From Octopus vulgaris (taxonomy: Eukaryota): a stretch of DNA of 64,000 nucleotides. The stretch is taken from NCBI GenBank assembly GCA_951406725.2, contig OX597814.1, forward strand, positions 28,334,001 through 28,398,000, read 5' to 3'. Positions 13,760 to 26,967 of this stretch are shown piece after piece (the first letter of the stretch is position 1; every line of letters starts with the position of its first letter). Below the pieces are notes generated by a model that saw only the letters and a program-made list of their open reading frames with translations, ran no database searches and was not told the origin of the DNA. The translations under genes were made by a program, and so were the position numbers.

Positions 13760-14400
13760 GAAACAATGAGAAAGATAGTGAGATAGTGAGAGATAAATAT
13801 GGGAGGATGAATGAAGGAGAGAAAGGTTACGAGAGAAAGGGAGTAAGGAAGACAGATGTGAAGAGAAAGAGAGGGAGAGGCAAATGGTGAAGATACAGGA
13901 GAAATAAAGACGGTGAGATAGATATAGAGAGAGGCTATGAATAACAAGAGAGAATGAGACATAGAGTCCCTGTGTGTATGAGAGAGAGAAAGAGAGAGAG
14001 AGAGAGACGGGGAGGGGGAGAGAGAGAGAGAAAGAGAAAGAAAGACAGAGAGAGAAATAGAGAGGTTCAAAAAACAAGGCGGTGCTCCAGCATGGCCACA
14101 GTTAAATGACTGAAACAAGTAAAAGAGAGTTCGTGAGAGAGTCAGAAAGAAAGAGAAAATGTGAGAAATATAGAAAAAAAAGCAGCAGAGAAAGAGAAAG
14201 CGATAGAGAAAAACTAAATGAATAAGAAAAAATAGTGAAAGAAAGGAAGAGGAAACATAAAGGGTGAGTAAAAAAAAAAACAAAGAGAAAGGGGGAAAGA
14301 AAGAGGGGGAGGGAGAGAATAAGGGAGAGAAGGAGAGACTGAGTTAGAGAAAAAGAGAAATTGGGAGTTGGTTAGTAGAGAAGAAGTGACAGTGGGAGGA
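13760..14400. repeat. GA-rich low-complexity tract containing a short family B tail (~14076-14130)
   Basis: (GA)n-like purine-rich run. Confidence 0.85.
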
Positions 14401-14694
14401 GGACAAAGGGATGACCTAATTCTTGACGACTTGATAAAGCTGAGGAAATGTGAGGGCATGAAGGAGGTTAGGCGTTGTTGTTGTTGCTGCTGCTGCTGCT
14501 GCTGCCACTGCTGATAAAGGGGACCTAGCTTTTGTCATTGATATTCTCGTTTTCTGTACCAGGAGGTCAGTCCTGATTAAGCAGACGCGTGATCAAAAAC
14601 CGTTCCAGCCTTGACCATCCTTTTGCTATGTTTGAAGGACTACATTGTATCCTTTCTTGAAAAACAAAACAAAAAAAAAAAGACAATAAAGAGT

Positions 14695-15085
14695 GAGTGG
14701 CTGTGTGGTAAGTAGCTTGCTAACCAACCACATGGTTCCGGGTTCAGTCCCACTGCGTGGCATCTTGGGCAAGTGTCTTCTGCTATAGCCCCCGGGCCGA
14801 CCAATGCCTTGTGAGTGGATTTGGTAGACGGAAACTGAAAGAAGTCTGTCGTATATATGTATATATATGTATGTGTGTGTGTGTTTGTGTGTCTGGTGTG
14901 TGTTTGTGTGATGCTGGTGTGTTTACGTCCCTGTCACCTAGCAGTTCGGCAAAAAGAGACCGATAGAATAAGTACTGGGCTTACAAAAAGAATAAGTCCC
15001 GGGGTCGAGTTGCTCGACTAAAGGTGGTGCTCCAACATGGCCGCAGTCAAATGACTGAAACAAGTAAAAGAGAAAAGAAAAGAGA
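14695..15085 (+). mobile_element. Family B SINE
   Basis: Head-to-tail match to the other copies. Confidence 0.92.
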
Positions 15086-15315
15086 GAGAGAGAATGATTT
15101 TAGGGAAATTTAGCTAGCTATTTCTTCTGGCAGGTCGAGTATAGTCCTCTTCGTTGAGTTGTCGTCATCGATGGTGCAACTAGCGCTGCTGCTGCTGCTG
15201 CTGTTTTTGGGAATGTTGTTGTCATTGTTTAGCCTCGGCTCAGTCCTGATTAAAAAGACATGACCAAAAACGTTTCAGTTTTGACCACTCATTCTTTTTG
15301 ATATCTTGTTTTCTT

Positions 15316-15745
15316 GGATCTTTTCGGTTTGAACGGCAGTTTTTAAAAATAATTTCCACGTAACTAAACACTTTTAAACTTCGTATACTGGTAGAATGTG
15401 TCACATAAAACATCTTTTCTCTTGGCTTTATTGAGAAAATTCTATAGCTTGTAAGATATTTGTTGTTTTTTTTTCTTCAATTTCTGCAATTTCAACCAAT
15501 CAATGACGTCTATTGAGCTGAAAACATTCTGTGTCGTATGAATATGTCCCTCGTTTAAGAAACAGATTGGGTTTATTTACATTTCTGAAGAAAAAAAGAT
15601 ACCCTTCCCCCAAACCCTAACCCTAACTAACCCTAACCCTAAAACAGATTGAAATGCAATAGATCGATACTAGGGTCATAATTATGGGTGACAATTTTAT
15701 ATATGACACCGCTAGAAAAAACTGCCGTTCAAACCGAAAAGATCC
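15316..15745. mobile_element. MITE with 29-bp TIRs (Merlin-like)
   Basis: TIR ggatcttttcggtttgaacggcagttttt and exact 8-bp TSD gttttctt. Shares aaacttcgtatactggtagaatgtgtca with the 7.6 and 8.6 kb MITEs. Confidence 0.92.
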
Positions 15746-16469
15746 GTTTTCTTTTTCTTTTTCTTTTTTTTGCTTTGCAATATTTCTTTTTTTTTTATTT
15801 TTTGCATATGGTGTACCTTGGATTACGTTCCTACGCGTATCTTTCCTTCTCGTTGTTATTGTTGCTGTTGTTGTTTGATCCAATCCAGTAGACCTATGAC
15901 TGAAAAGGTTTCGCCTGTGGCCATCTCATTGTTTTCACACTGCTTATTTGTACTTGTTTTAATCACTGGACTAGGGTCATACTAAAGTACTGCTCTGAAG
16001 GGTTTAGTCCAACATATCGAACCCACTACATACATTTCTAATGTCTGTTACCTGTTCTATGAGTTTCTTTTGCCGAAACGATAAATTACGGGAACATAAA
16101 CAAACCAGAACTGGATCCATATGTTCGGCTAAACCAGAAGTTGGCGGTAAATTACCCCAAATGGGGGTAAAATAAAATTCTTGGGGTAATGCGGACCCAT
16201 TAGACATAATTAAAATTATATAAAAAAAATTCGTGTTCCTTGTTACGACAGAAAATTTTCTTCTGGCAACACTGCATTTGTCTAATGTAATGGATATGTT
16301 TAGGAGACGTCACGCCATTTTGAACTACAAACAATTTGGTTGGTAAGGCGTTGTCAACATCATTCCGCCAAAACATGAAGTGAAAAAGTTTCTAGAAAAA
16401 TCCTTTTACTTCATAATGAAGATATTAATTTATTTTATCGCATTTCTTTTATACTTTTAATATTTATAT

Positions 16470-16690
16470 ATTTCTTTACTACCAATCACAAGGGGACATA
16501 CAAGGACAGACAAACGGATTAAGTCGATTACATCGACCCCAGTGCGTAACTGGTACTTAATTTATCGATCCCAAAAGTATGAAAGGCAAAGTCGACCTCG
16601 GCGGAATTTGAACTCAGAACGTAACGGCAGACGAAATACGGCTACGCATTTCACCCGGTGTGCTAACGTGTCTGCCAGCTCGCCGCCTTA
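16470..16690 (-). mobile_element. Family C SINE
   Basis: Reverse complement of the family C head and Nin motif. Confidence 0.88.
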
Positions 16691-18118
16691 TACTTTTAAT
16701 ATTTATAATTGTATTCTTCATGTAAATAAATTCAATAAACCTTTTTGAATTCAAAGAATCTATGATCGTCTTCCTTTCACATCAATAGGGTAACGACCGA
16801 ATAAATAAATATATTTTGGGGTAATTGGTTAAAAAAGTTCCCCGAACCCTGGACTAAATGCTTCAAGGCGATGTCCCAACATGGCCGCAGTCGAATTAAC
16901 TGAAACAAGTAAAATAACAAAACATAAAATATAGCAGTATTTATAAAAATGCTCTGTCGGCTTGATGAACCCAATAACTCTTTGTATTTGCTTTATAGAC
17001 CACAGCGGGATTTGAATCTCAACGCTTACTAATCTACCAATATAACCAGGTTAAAAGCAAACACCGATGATAGCCGCACTTGTTATGAAAAGGAAGTGAC
17101 CATGACACTTTATTTATTTATTTGTAATGGAATTTGAGAACAATAGCGCCGATGATTACAGGCTTCCAATAAACTAATCACAGGTTGGTTCTCCGTACTT
17201 CTGACAGTGGCAAAAGCAACAAGAGAACACCATCGCTTTTTCCGTGGGCGAAACACACACACACGCACACGCACACACACACACGCACGCACGCACACAC
17301 ATACACACACACACACGCACGCACACACACACACATACACACACACACACACGCACACGCACGCACGCGCGCGCACACACACACACACTGACACACACAT
17401 GTCCATGTGTGTGAAGATCAAACTGATCGGATAATAGTGTAGGCGTAAATACAAACTTGACTTTTTTTTAATACTAAGCATGAAGTTAACAGTCTGGAAA
17501 ATTACAATCGGATTGGTTGAGCACATTCCTCAAATGATTCAGCATCAATATCAACAACTTGCAGAAAAAAGTCTGAATTCCGTGATATTCTAAACTAGAA
17601 GAGGCGAAACTTTTTCGTGTTGGAAGACCGCTTTGAAGTAATTGCCATCTGATAAAGCCACACAGAAAAAAAAACAACAAAAAAAAGCGAATAAATAAAA
17701 CTTAAATAAAAAATGAAAATTATTTTATCAGATATCTTTATTCATAAAAAAACACTAAAATAATGAAAAAATGCGGAGTTTCGGAATAAGCCCCATGACG
17801 GTTAATTTACAAAGGTAGATGAATGAAGGAATAAGCGTTATAAAAATATGCACTCTGCTGAAAAAAAACTTTACGAGTCTTTATGTAAATCTCTCTCTAT
17901 ATAGCAATAATAATTCTCTAAACGAGATATAGACAGTAACTGCCCAATCACATAAGGGACATTAGCCATTTGAATGTGGCTAGGGACAGGGCAGGGCGGT
18001 GGGGGTGTTACTGATGCATTTAGCCCCAGGCGATCATCAACGTCACCAGATAGGCTGACACCATCACGGTGTCCTCTATCCTGCAAAGGGAGATCATTCC
18101 CCGAAGAAGCGGATGCCA

Positions 18119-18161
18119 CATACGGACCCAGGTTTCAAGGTATTTGCCTATCGTCAACGTA
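18119..18161 (-). ncRNA. Antisense copy of the type I hammerhead motif
   Basis: Exact reverse complement of 18377-18419. Confidence 0.55.
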
Positions 18162-18374
18162 ATGCATCAGTAACACCCCCACCGCCCTGCCCTGTCCCTA
18201 GCCATATTCAAATGGTTAATGCCCCTTATGTGATGGAGCAGTTACTGTCTATATCTCGTTTAGAGAATTATTATTGCTGTCGAACAGATTTTCGAAATCA
18301 GTAAATGTATTTACGTGAAAATCTATATATAAATATCCTGCACAGGAATTTGTTCGTCGAGGAGCGGTGCCTGC

Positions 18375-18419
18375 CATACGTTGACGATAGGCAAATACCT
18401 TGAAACCTGGGTCCGTATG
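18375..18419 (+). ncRNA. Type I hammerhead ribozyme (U3 variant)
   Basis: Stem I catacg/cgtatg, core UUGACGA, stem II agg/cct, GAAA, stem III acc/ggt, GUC site. Confidence 0.75.
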
Positions 18420-18589
18420 TGGCATCCGCTTCTTCGGGGAATGATCTCCCTTTGCAGGATAGAGGACACCGTGATGGTGTCAGCCTATCTGGTGACGTTG
18501 ATGATCGCCTGGGGCTAAATGCATCAGTAACACCCCCACCGCCCTGCCCTGTCCCTAGCCACATTCAAATGGCTAATGTCCCTTATGTG

Positions 18590-18980
18590 TCTCTCTATAT
18601 ATATAAAGCTGAAGTTGTCTGTGTATGGCAGGTTTGGTAGCCTTCAACTAACACTATCTCCTCCGAGACCCTGCGGCGCAAGTTGACCAAAATTGAGATT
18701 ATGATAGAAGAAGGCTTGCTCTTCCTTCCGTAGAAGAAAAAAATTCAAATCGGACCTTGTTAACATCAAAAATTATTTACATCAAAAAGGTGCTTTTTTT
18801 TTTCTATGAAAATCTCTATTTTTTTACTACTGTGTCGCCATTTTTCGGTGTATTTCAACCAGAAAAATGTTCGCTTAAAGAGAATAACAAGCTACACAAT
18901 GCAAAAGTTTTACTTTATAAAAATTCCAATTCTAAAGGGTCGAAACAAACCCGAGCAACGCCGGGCGATACTGCTACTAG
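18590..18980 (+). mobile_element. Non-autonomous Helitron, second subfamily
   Basis: TC start tctctctatatatataaagctgaagttg. Same 3' end acaaacccgagcaacgccgggcgatactgctac/ctag as the 1878 element, with a different interior. Confidence 0.8.
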
Positions 18981-19105
18981 AACAAATTCCGGTATAATGA
19001 TTTTCCTCTCAGACCTTGTACTTCATTCAGAAAACTGCATATGACACTCGAAAATCTACAGTGAGTTGCAAATAGCATTTCAGAAGGCCCTACTATTGCA
19101 GTTCC

Positions 19106-19491
19106 CTACATTCTCTTGAAAAACGCCGCCGCCGTGGTGATCTCATTCTCGCCCACAACATCATAAGCGGAAAGTGTAACCTCTCGAAAGAGCTGTTCTT
19201 CACTCCTGCTCCAGAGCGTCGGCTGCGGGGTCATTCCGAAAAGCTCTACCTGCGACGATTTCATCTCAATCGAAGGAGAGGAGCTTTCTCCGTCCGGGTT
19301 GCGGATCCGTGGAACAAGCTGCCAGACGAGATGGTGAAGATGCCGACGACCGCTTTGTTCAAAGCCTCCCTGGACCTCAAGTGGCCTGAACTCTTTACAT
19401 GAACACCACCCTGTACTTAACTCCATGTCCCCCTACATGGCCTTGCTATTTGCTTTTGAGCCAAATTAACTAACTAACTAACTAACTAACT
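19106..19491 (+). mobile_element. CR1-type LINE 3' fragment with (TAAC)n tail
   Basis: Open frame 19106-19402: SLEKRRRRGDLI...RGHSEKL...FSVRVADPWNKLP...FKASLD. Short 3' UTR and taactaac tail. Confidence 0.92.
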
Positions 19492-19751
19492 AAAATTTGC
19501 TCTACAATCATAATTGAAAACACACGTTAAAAATCAAGGGTACAAGAAAATTGAACTCAAGAATGAAGAGAATATAAAAAACCTCAACCCTACACGAAAT
19601 CCTGGATTCTTTTCATGTATTAGTCTCCGTCTACACACTTTAATAATGACATATTTTGTCTTCCCTTAATCTTTTATTGATTTCAGCCATTTTGACTGTG
19701 GCCATACTGGGGCATAGCCTAGGAGGCTTATAGTCGAACAGATTGTTTCTA

Positions 19752-20127
19752 TTATTCTTTTACTTGTTTCAGTCATTTGACTGCGGCCATGCTGGAAGAA
19801 ATCGACCTCAGGATTTATTCTTTGTAAGCCTAGTACTTATTCTATCGTTATCTTTTGCCGAACCGCAAAGTTATGGGGAAACAAACAAACCAGCATCGGT
19901 TGTTAAGCGATGGTAGGGGTACAAACACACACACACACACACACACACACGCGCGCGTGCACATTCATACGGCGGGCTTCTTTTAGTTTCCATCTACTAA
20001 ATCTTTTCACAAGACTTTGTTCGGCCCGAAACTATAGTAGAAGATATTTACCCAAGGTGCCACCCAGTAAGACTGAACCCGGAACCATCTGGTGAAAAGC
20101 AAGCTTCTTACCACACAGCCACACCTT
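19752..20127 (-). mobile_element. Family B SINE, diverged
   Basis: Reverse-complement tail (cttgtttcagtcatttgactgcggccatgctgg) through the head. A further decayed copy lies at ~20130-20445. Confidence 0.85.
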
Positions 20128-20243
20128 ACTAGTCTTTAGTTTTTGGTTTGGTACTTATTCTATCGGTTTTTTTTTGCCCAAACTATAGGTTACAGTCAAG
20201 CAACACGTGGAGGGCAACCCCCACACACCCACTCTAAAGCACA

Positions 20244-20292
<49 letters not shown>

Positions 20293-21437
20293 CGTGTTCC
20301 ATGCCTTTTTTCTCTATCAAATTCACTCTCAAGGCATTGGTTAGCCCGGGACTACAGTTTAAGGTAGTTGACCAAGGTATCACACAGTGGAACCGAACCC
20401 GAAACAATGAGGCTGCAAAGCGAGCTTCCTAACTACACACCCATGTCTGTGTCTAATTTATCTATTTTAGAGCAAGACCTAGAAATATTTTATTGGATTA
20501 GGTTAATTATTTAAAGTTTAATTGTCTCCTCGAGATAGCAAATTAGCAGAATCGTTCGAGCATCGAACAAAGTGAGCACGGTATTTAGTTACGGCCCTTT
20601 ACGAAATGAAGTTTGCCTTTCATCCCTTCGAGGTCGATATAACAATTAATAAAATCGATTAATTTTCCTATAAAACATTCTAGATATAAATGGAATACAT
20701 ATAATAGACCTACTAGATATAGCGTTGACTGTAATGAATCTGAATAAGACTCAACCTGGTTCAAATAGCAATCTTTCGGTTGTTGAATTCATATATATCT
20801 TAAAGACATAATGGTGGATCTCCGTCGTACGACGCTGAAGATTTAGTTGCTCTATCAACTGAATTACCTGCCCTTGAATTAATGTGTATGTAGCTGAGCA
20901 CTCCATGGATACGAGGTGTATTCCAGAAACATTGAGACTTTTTAAGGAGAGATATTTATTCATTTCAAATGAGTACAAAACCTTAATCTCCTTCAAAGAA
21001 GGATCCTCTAACTTTAATGTTTTTTTAGCACTGCTGCCACATCGGGGAGACCCCATGGAAGTTTTTCAAAGTGAAGGGGTCCGAGACCCTTGTCACAGCC
21101 TCCATCATCTTTTCATTTTTCAAAACGATTATTCCTGAGGTGCTCCATCAGCTTGGTGAACGACCAAAAGTCACAGAGACTAAGGTTTGAACTGTAGCGA
21201 GGGTGAAGGACAGTTTTGGTACTTATGTCTGCCAAGTTGTTGGTTACCAGGATGGAACAGTGAGAAACTGTTTTCAGTAGGCCGTGACAAGCCGTGTTTA
21301 GTAGTGTGTGTCCAAAGTGTGGAATAAAAAGTTGGCAGGTCAGCTTATTAGATGTATAGTAGTGATATACTATAATTTAGGACAATAATAACTGCTCCTA
21401 AAACGCCTCAAAACCTCAAGAATAAACCTTGTACTTT

Positions 21438-21645
21438 CTCTTTACTCTTTTACTTGTTTCAGTCATTTGACTGCGGCCATGCTGGAGCACCAGCTTTAAT
21501 CGAGCAACTCGACCCCGGGTCTTATTCTTTTGTAAGCCCAGTACTTATTCTATCGGTCTCTTTTGCCTAACCGCTAGATTACGGGGACGTAAACACACCA
21601 GCATCGGTTGTTAAGCAATGCTAGGGGGACAAACACAGAACACAA

Positions 21646-21713
<68 letters not shown>

Positions 21714-21891
21714 GTATATATATATACGACAGGCTTCTTTCAGTTTCCGTCTACCAAATCCACTCACAAGGCATTGGTCGGCCCGGGGCTATAGCAGAAG
21801 ACACTTGCCCAAGATGCCACGTAGTGGGACTGAACCCGGAACCATGTGGTTGGTTAGCAAGCTACTTACCACACAGCCACTCCTGCGCCTA
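21438..21891 (-). mobile_element. Family B SINE
   Basis: Full-length reverse-complement copy. Confidence 0.92.
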
Positions 21892-22431
21892 TACGTGAAC
21901 CTTTAGCATAATTCTTTGACAGAGTCAGTGTGACCTTGTGTATACCAAGGCAGTACATACTGGAATTAGAAGTGCAATCCACCCGGCGGGATTCTATGCA
22001 GTTTCCAACTATTCTGTTTCACTCACACGGTATGAGTCGACTCGAAAATAAAAACTGTCAAAAGATTACACACTGGGGATCGAACACCATGGTTGAATAC
22101 CTTGAAGACTGCGAAGCGAACTTTTTAACTATTCAGTCATAGTCCACTTACCTCAGTGTCATAATCCCAATATCATTTTAACGATAATCTTTTATCTTAA
22201 ACTTGTTTCAGCCAATGATCTGCGGCTTTGCTGGGGTATCACCTTGAAGGGTTTCGGTCCAAGAAATTCACCCCTGTACTTACTTTTTAAAAGTCTGGTA
22301 TCTATTCCATTAGTGTGTGATGCCGAACCACTAAACACTCAAGCGGGTGGGAGGCAAATACATACATACATACATACATACATACATACAAACACACAAA
22401 CACACACATACGTATATATATATATATATAT

Positions 22432-22493
22432 AGGCAAATTTGTTGTTGAAAATGTACCGAAATTTATGTACATTTTCAACAACAAATTTGCCT
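22432..22493. repeat. Perfect 26-bp inverted repeat with 10-nt loop
   Basis: aggcaaatttgttgttgaaaatgtac / gtacattttcaacaacaaatttgcct. Confidence 0.9.
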
Positions 22494-22536
22494 GTATTTT
22501 TCCTGCGTTGAAATACACACCCTCTTTTGTTTATAA

Positions 22537-22685
<149 letters not shown>

Positions 22686-23025
22686 AAGAGATAGTAGTGC
22701 AGATAATCATGATTAGATTTGATATACTCACACATACACTCACATACCAACACACAGACACACACGCGCACACACACACACACAGACACACACATACACA
22801 CACACAGATATATATATAGGGATATATATAGATGCGAAAGCTAAATATATTCAGTAGACAAACACAAGCAGATCACTATCTTCATACCAGGTCACCTGGA
22901 TATATTTTATTGCCACTCATGACTCTGTGGACCTTGTCCTCGATAAAGACGTCTGAGTTTAAGTTCAAATTATTCAAGCTCTATTACGTGTTTTCTATAC
23001 TGTAGATCGCAATCGCACCTGTTGA

Positions 23026-23115
<90 letters not shown>

Positions 23116-23728
23116 GAGAGACCAAAGTGTACCTACGCTGCTATATATATATCTATAAAAAATACAAAATGGGACTAGAGCGCAAAACATCCAGACAGTT
23201 AGGTGTTACAAAAAAGGGGACAACAAAACATCCAATTTGACAATTTTCGATATGTTGGCATGTGAAGCAGATGGAGATACAATAGTTTTACCAAAAGAAC
23301 CGGCCATTGCAAGCAAAAATAAATATTGAAAAAACGCATTTGATCAAATGACAGTTCAACATAATAGCAACGATATATACACATACATATGTACATTCAT
23401 ACGATGGGGTTCCAAACAGTTATCTTTTACCAAATTCACTCACAAGTCATTGCTTGTCTCGGAGCTATAGTAGAAAACACTTGCCCAAGTTACCGCGTAG
23501 TGGGACTGAACCGGAAACCGCGTGGTTGCAAAGCGAGTTTCTTAATGATGCCACCACGTTGCACCTATAAATATCCTTTCCTTTAGAATCAATTAAAAAA
23601 ACTTTGCTGTGAGGTCTCTTGCATAATTTTCATTCTCTGATAAATTATTTGATATTAGAAGTCCATACCATTGGGTTAGTCGGTTCTTGAATATTCATAG
23701 AGAGAGAGAGATCAGCAATTTACATCCG

Positions 23729-23886
23729 TAGGAGTGGCTGTGTGGTAAGTAGCCTGCTTACGAACCACATAGTTCCGGGTTCATTCCCACTGCGTGGCAC
23801 CTTGGGCAAGTGTCTTCAACTATAGCCTCGGGCCGACCAAAGACTTGTGAGTGGATTTGGTAGACGGAAACTGAAATAAGCCCGTC

Positions 23887-23951
<65 letters not shown>

Positions 23952-23982
23952 ATTTGTGAAGAAATAAGCCCGTCGTATATAT

Positions 23983-24033
<51 letters not shown>

Positions 24034-24322
24034 GACGGGCTTATTTCAGTTTGTCTACCAAATCCACTCACCAAATCCGTCTACCAAATCCTGGTATATA
24101 TGTGAGTGTATATGTTTGTGCATCTGTGTTTGTCCCCCCCCCCCAACATCGCTTGACAACTGATGCTGGTGTGTTTACGTCCCCGTAATCTAGCAGTTCG
24201 GCAAAAGAAAACGATAGAATAAGTACTAGGCTTACAAAGAATAAGTCCTGGGGTCGATTTGCTCAACTAAAGGCGGTGCTCCAGCATGGTCACAGTCAAA
24301 TGACTGAAACAACTAAAAGAGT
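23729..24322 (+). mobile_element. Family B SINE with internal foldback rearrangement
   Basis: Full head and tail, with an inverted copy of its own segment at ~24031-24090. Confidence 0.88.
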
Positions 24323-24379
24323 ATTACTTCATGGGTCTCCATCTGCACCGTAATCGAAAATTGCCACCGCCATTTCGCT

Positions 24380-24381
24380 AT

Positions 24382-24437
<56 letters not shown>

Positions 24438-25070
24438 TCTTCACAATCACCACCATTACTATCACCAACATCGCTAGTTCTGAATACTAATATCACAAGC
24501 CCTAACTCTTTTATGACTACTAACACTATACTACTGCTTCTACTATAAAAAATACTACCAATACCGCTATCTTTAACACCAGTATTACTATTACTAACAT
24601 CCCCACCAACACCATTACCCTCACCATGTACCAAACAACTACGAAACATGATTTCCCAGCACTGCCAATACCATCATCATTAGCAACAGTACTACTACTA
24701 CCACCACCACCACTGTCACCCTCACCACCATCACCATGACCACCACCACCCACCACCACCACCACCACCACTACCACCATCACCACCACTATCGCCGCCG
24801 TCATCAACATCGATATCACTACTGCCGCCGTCACCACCACCACCACCACCACCACCACCACAACCACTACTATCAACGCCATTATCACTCTCACCACTAT
24901 CACCACTACCACCACCACCATCACCGCCGCCGCCACTACAACCACCACCGCCACCATCACCACCACGACCACCACACACCACCACCACTACCACCATCCA
25001 ACACCACCCCACCTGACCCCCACTACCACCACCACCACCACCACCAACACCGCCGCCACCATCACCACCA
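24380..25070. repeat. (TAC)n/(CAC)n low-complexity tract
   Basis: Visible directly. Source of the His-, Val- and Gly-rich ORFs. Confidence 0.92.
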
Positions 25071-25659
25071 CTTACAGTCGTCCAACCCCTCCAACTCTAC
25101 GTTCTATTTAAACATCTGTGCCTCCATTCTGCCGCTGTCTTATTTGACATGTTACAGAGGTCGGATGTCAGCAGATATGGAACACTGATCTATGTACTTC
25201 TTTATGTGGTGTGCCTCTCTGCCTCTGTCTCTCTCTACATGTACATACTCATGCCAATCTATATGTGTGTGTACGTATGCGTATGTTCGTTTCTGTGTCA
25301 CCTAACGTACGTGTCTGTCTGTCTATGCATATGTGTGTGTGTGTTTCCGTGTTAACCGATGTGCGCAGTATGTATGTACGTATATATGTGTATGTGTATG
25401 ACTGTATGTCCCATTGTGTGTACATGTCTATGTATATATCCGTATGTATATGCATGTACGGCCGTAGTATGCGTATGCATGTGAGTGAGTTCTCTGTCAT
25501 TTAATGTTAGTGTATCTGGGTTATCTATGCGAGCGTATGAATGAATTTATGTGTATTTGTACCTATACATACATACATACATACATACATACATACATAC
25601 ATACATACATACATACATACATACATACATACATACATACATACATTCGTGTGTGTATA

Positions 25660-25693
<34 letters not shown>

Positions 25694-25749
25694 GAAATGT
25701 GTGTAAGTATATAAATCTGGAGGGTTGAAAAGTTGGATATCTTGCGGCT

Positions 25750-26570
25750 TCCACAACCATTTTCTTCAGGTTAAAACTTTACCCAACCTATTTCTCGAAA
25801 CCCTACTCCCTAATTTCCCACTCTACCATAAATATTATCATCTTCAACAAATCTATTAAAATCTCATACTTTGTAACCCAAAAGTTAGGATCTATAATTG
25901 CTACTGCCAATGGGCGTAAACTCGGCCACCTTATTGCGGACCTTATGAACAATTCATTTCGCCCTCACCCTGACTCGGTCAATGCTAATACTATAAGTTT
26001 AGAGAATCGTACCCATTTTAATACTCGCAGTGTTGGCACCATTCCACCTGGTTCATATAACCGTAACACTTGTGACTACGGTAATACCCATTCCAAGCTT
26101 TAAACTGGAAATGATAACACCTCCGACCCTTCTTCGGGGATAAATGATCATATGAATCAGGATAGAGTGGAGATTAAGTATAAACCCACCAATTGCGGTA
26201 TCCTGCAATTGTCAATAATGTCCGTTAGATTGATTTTGTTTACGCTCTTACGTGGTGTGTAAATGTTGGGTCATAACCCCACGTTCCCACCAGGCTAGGG
26301 TCTATATTGGGGGCACCATTGATTTCAAGCGTAACTATCTGGCTCACCTGAACTCATTCTCAAATAGAGCCTCTAAATTCTCTAACTCTATAACTACATA
26401 CACTTCAAGTCCTAGGACATTCCTGCTCTGAGGCTATCCCATAAAATGCTATTTTTTTTGTAATTTATGTTACGGTGAATCGCTCTCTATTCTACGCCAT
26501 TGTAATACCATATTACTCAATAGGTTCTCTGAGATAATCTTCTCCTGTAAACATAAGTTTTATTCCACAT
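25750..26570 (+). pseudogene. Penelope-like element remnant, linker + GIY-YIG endonuclease
   Basis: Decayed NFPLYHKYYH..NKSIKISY, KCWVITP..RVYIGGTIDFKRNYLAHLNSF, and CNLCYGESLSIL..LLNRFSEIIFSCKHK. Confidence 0.8.
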
Positions 26571-26775
26571 TTGCTCATTATATAAAGTCTTTATAATTTC
26601 TCTTAATTGTGGCTAAATTTTTACTTTTTATTCTAGTATGTAAATACCAATTTTCATTCTCCATGTAGCCTATTTTCCCCTCTCGCTACCCCCACCACTA
26701 TTACTTTACCTCAATGCTTAACTCTTCCTGCCTTTGGTCAGTTGACATGCCCAACTGCTTTATTGTCTGCTTAAC

Positions 26776-26833
<58 letters not shown>

Positions 26834-26967
26834 TATATATATATATGCATATAAGAGTACAGGTCGTCATCAACTGTGCAGACAACATGAAATACGTAAA
26901 CAACGAGAGAATAAAATAGAAAACAGGGCTAGTAATCACAGAGAAAGGACCCTTCATCAGTTGTCGG

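Larger units (their letters stand above)
17900..18589 (+). mobile_element. Hammerhead-carrying non-coding element with PLE-like architecture
   Basis: ~357-bp unit with a ~70-bp direct repeat (18161 and 18518), preceded by an inverted copy (17900-18161). Hammerhead fold inside. Confidence 0.75.

Noticed and set aside
20751-21138. 101-aa and 84-aa ORFs
   Set aside because: Partly a decayed SINE tail 1 (~20818-20915), with no protein motif recognised.
24526-25188. His-rich and Gly/Val-rich ORFs
   Set aside because: (CAC)n low complexity open in several frames, with no domain.
25070-25190. Possible minus-strand exon with a gtaagt donor
   Set aside because: No pyrimidine-tract acceptor and no supporting frame.
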